NCBI GenBank assembly: GCA_964612595.1
Contig: CAZTFB010000002.1
Span: 252,933-316,932 of the forward strand
Reading direction: 5' to 3'
DNA: 64,000 bases
Source: an uncultured Gammaproteobacteria bacterium
GTDB taxonomy: Bacteria > Patescibacteriota > Microgenomatia > UBA1406 > HO2-37-13b
This document shows positions 63,055 to 64,000 of this stretch, piece by piece (position 1 is the first letter of the stretch; each line of letters begins with the position of its first letter). Under the pieces are notes generated by a model. That model did no database searches. It saw only the letters and a list, made by a program, of their open reading frames with translations, and was not told the origin of the DNA. The translations under genes and the position numbers were made by a program.

Positions 63055-63894
63055 GTGAAAAAATTCATAACTCTTTTTTTAACTGGTTGTGGTGTAGGTA
63101 TAACGACACTTATTCCCGGCTTGTCTGGCGGGGCAGTAATATTAGTGGTTGGAGTATATGAAGAGCTACTGACTACCATAAAAAAAATTACTGGTGATGT
63201 AGTTAGACTTTTACTTCATGGAAAAGTTAATGAAGCATGGCGCGCAATACCTTTTTATTTCGTTGTGCCGTTTGCGTTTGGCATACTTTGCTCTATTTTT
63301 GGTTTAGCAAACATACTTTCTTATCTTCTCACAACCTATTCAATATATATGTGGGCGCTAATTTTTGGCCTGGTATTCGCCTCTGCGTTGGTCATACTGC
63401 AACGCATTCCAACATGGAATGTGAGAAAAGTCGGCGCATTCGCTATTGCAACAGTCGTATCCTATGTTGCTGTGGGCTCGATTCCATTTGAGACGCCACA
63501 CACCTTGTTCTTTATTTTTTTGAGCGGTGTTCTCGCGATATGTGCATTGCTTATGCCAGGGATTTCTGGTTCGTTTGTTTTGGTACTTCTCGGAAAATAT
63601 CAGTATCTATTAGCCGCAGTTATTGATCGTAACATCCAAACATTAGCGATTTTTATGGCTGGATGTATACTCGGTGTCGCACTTTTTTCGAGAGTGCTTT
63701 CATGGCTATTCAAGAAACATCACGATATATCTGTTGCTGTTATTGCGGGATGTATGTTCGGATCTCTAAGAAAAATCTGGCCTTGGAGAGAATCTAATTT
63801 GCAGTTTGATACGGTATTTCTCACCGCGGTTTTTCTCTGCGTCATCGGTATGTCGCTAGTTTTTTATATAGAAGGGAGAAAACGAAGTGTGTGA
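63055..63894 (+). CDS. DUF368-family membrane protein (polyprenyl-phosphate transporter family)
   Basis: Two copies of the family motif: LIPGLSGGAVILVVGVYE and LMPGISGSFVLVLLGKYQ. About 8 TM helices. Confidence 0.8.
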   Translation: MKKFITLFLTGCGVGITTLIPGLSGGAVILVVGVYEELLTTIKKITGDVVRLLLHGKVNEAWRAIPFYFVVPFAFGILCSIFGLANILSYLLTTYSIYMWALIFGLVFASALVILQRIPTWNVRKVGAFAIATVVSYVAVGSIPFETPHTLFFIFLSGVLAICALLMPGISGSFVLVLLGKYQYLLAAVIDRNIQTLAIFMAGCILGVALFSRVLSWLFKKHHDISVAVIAGCMFGSLRKIWPWRESNLQFDTVFLTAVFLCVIGMSLVFYIEGRKRSV

Positions 63895-64000
63895 GGAGGT
63901 TGTTTTTATAACGCGTCACGAATGCTTTGGAGTTGTCCTTTAAGATCCTGATCGTATGGATTCTACACTTTGACCAAATATGAAAAAAACAGTGGTGAGT

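Noticed and set aside
1-64000. CRISPR arrays, rRNA genes, IS elements and integrases
   Set aside because: I saw no regularly spaced direct repeats, rRNA-like conserved stretches, terminal inverted repeats with transposase ORFs, or recombinase motifs on either strand.
63979-64000. Possible gene start (ATGAAAAAAACAGTGGTGAGT) at the right edge
   Set aside because: Only 7 codons are visible and there is no clear RBS. It cannot be supported as a feature.

Overview
AT-rich bacterial chromosomal segment, densely coding in the standard genetic code (TGA is used as a stop and an RF2 gene is present). I saw no rRNA, CRISPR array, transposase or integrase. The gene content is many small membrane-anchored or secreted proteins, a minimal IF2, several GT-C-type membrane glycosyltransferases and GH130-type proteins. 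From this I infer a small-genome Patescibacteria/CPR-like organism; this is inference only. Housekeeping blocks: ftsEX, prfB, nusA-infB-(DHH-like)-rmuC, truB, ung, a DEAD-box helicase, an RRM protein and one tRNA-Tyr(GTA). Accessory blocks: (1) a sipW-like signal peptidase with a TasA/camelysin-like secreted subunit, divergent from an untracked 59-aa Cys-rich metallothionein-like ORF, near YibE/F and a ZIP transporter. (2) A surface-glycan locus with three GT-C-like membrane proteins, two tandem double-domain GH130 paralogues, an aldose-1-epimerase-like gene and an ABC exporter; YfhO and DUF368 genes lie further right. (3) A csoR-copA-(membrane/cupredoxin)-copZ copper operon with a clear promoter and palindromic operator. 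(4) A histidine kinase/OmpR pair next to an XRE regulator and an orphan pseudo-receiver. (5) An RskA-C-like membrane protein translationally coupled to a DipZ-like thiol-disulfide protein. (6) A hicB-hicA pair beside the tRNA. (7) A membrane-anchored CHAP hydrolase with a GC-rich Cys/Pro-rich insert. Three likely coding regions are missing from the supplied ORF track: an edge-truncated minus-strand gene at 1-620, the 59-aa Cys-rich ORF, and a 43-aa Lys-rich ORF. All family assignments come from motifs read by eye; no database search was run.
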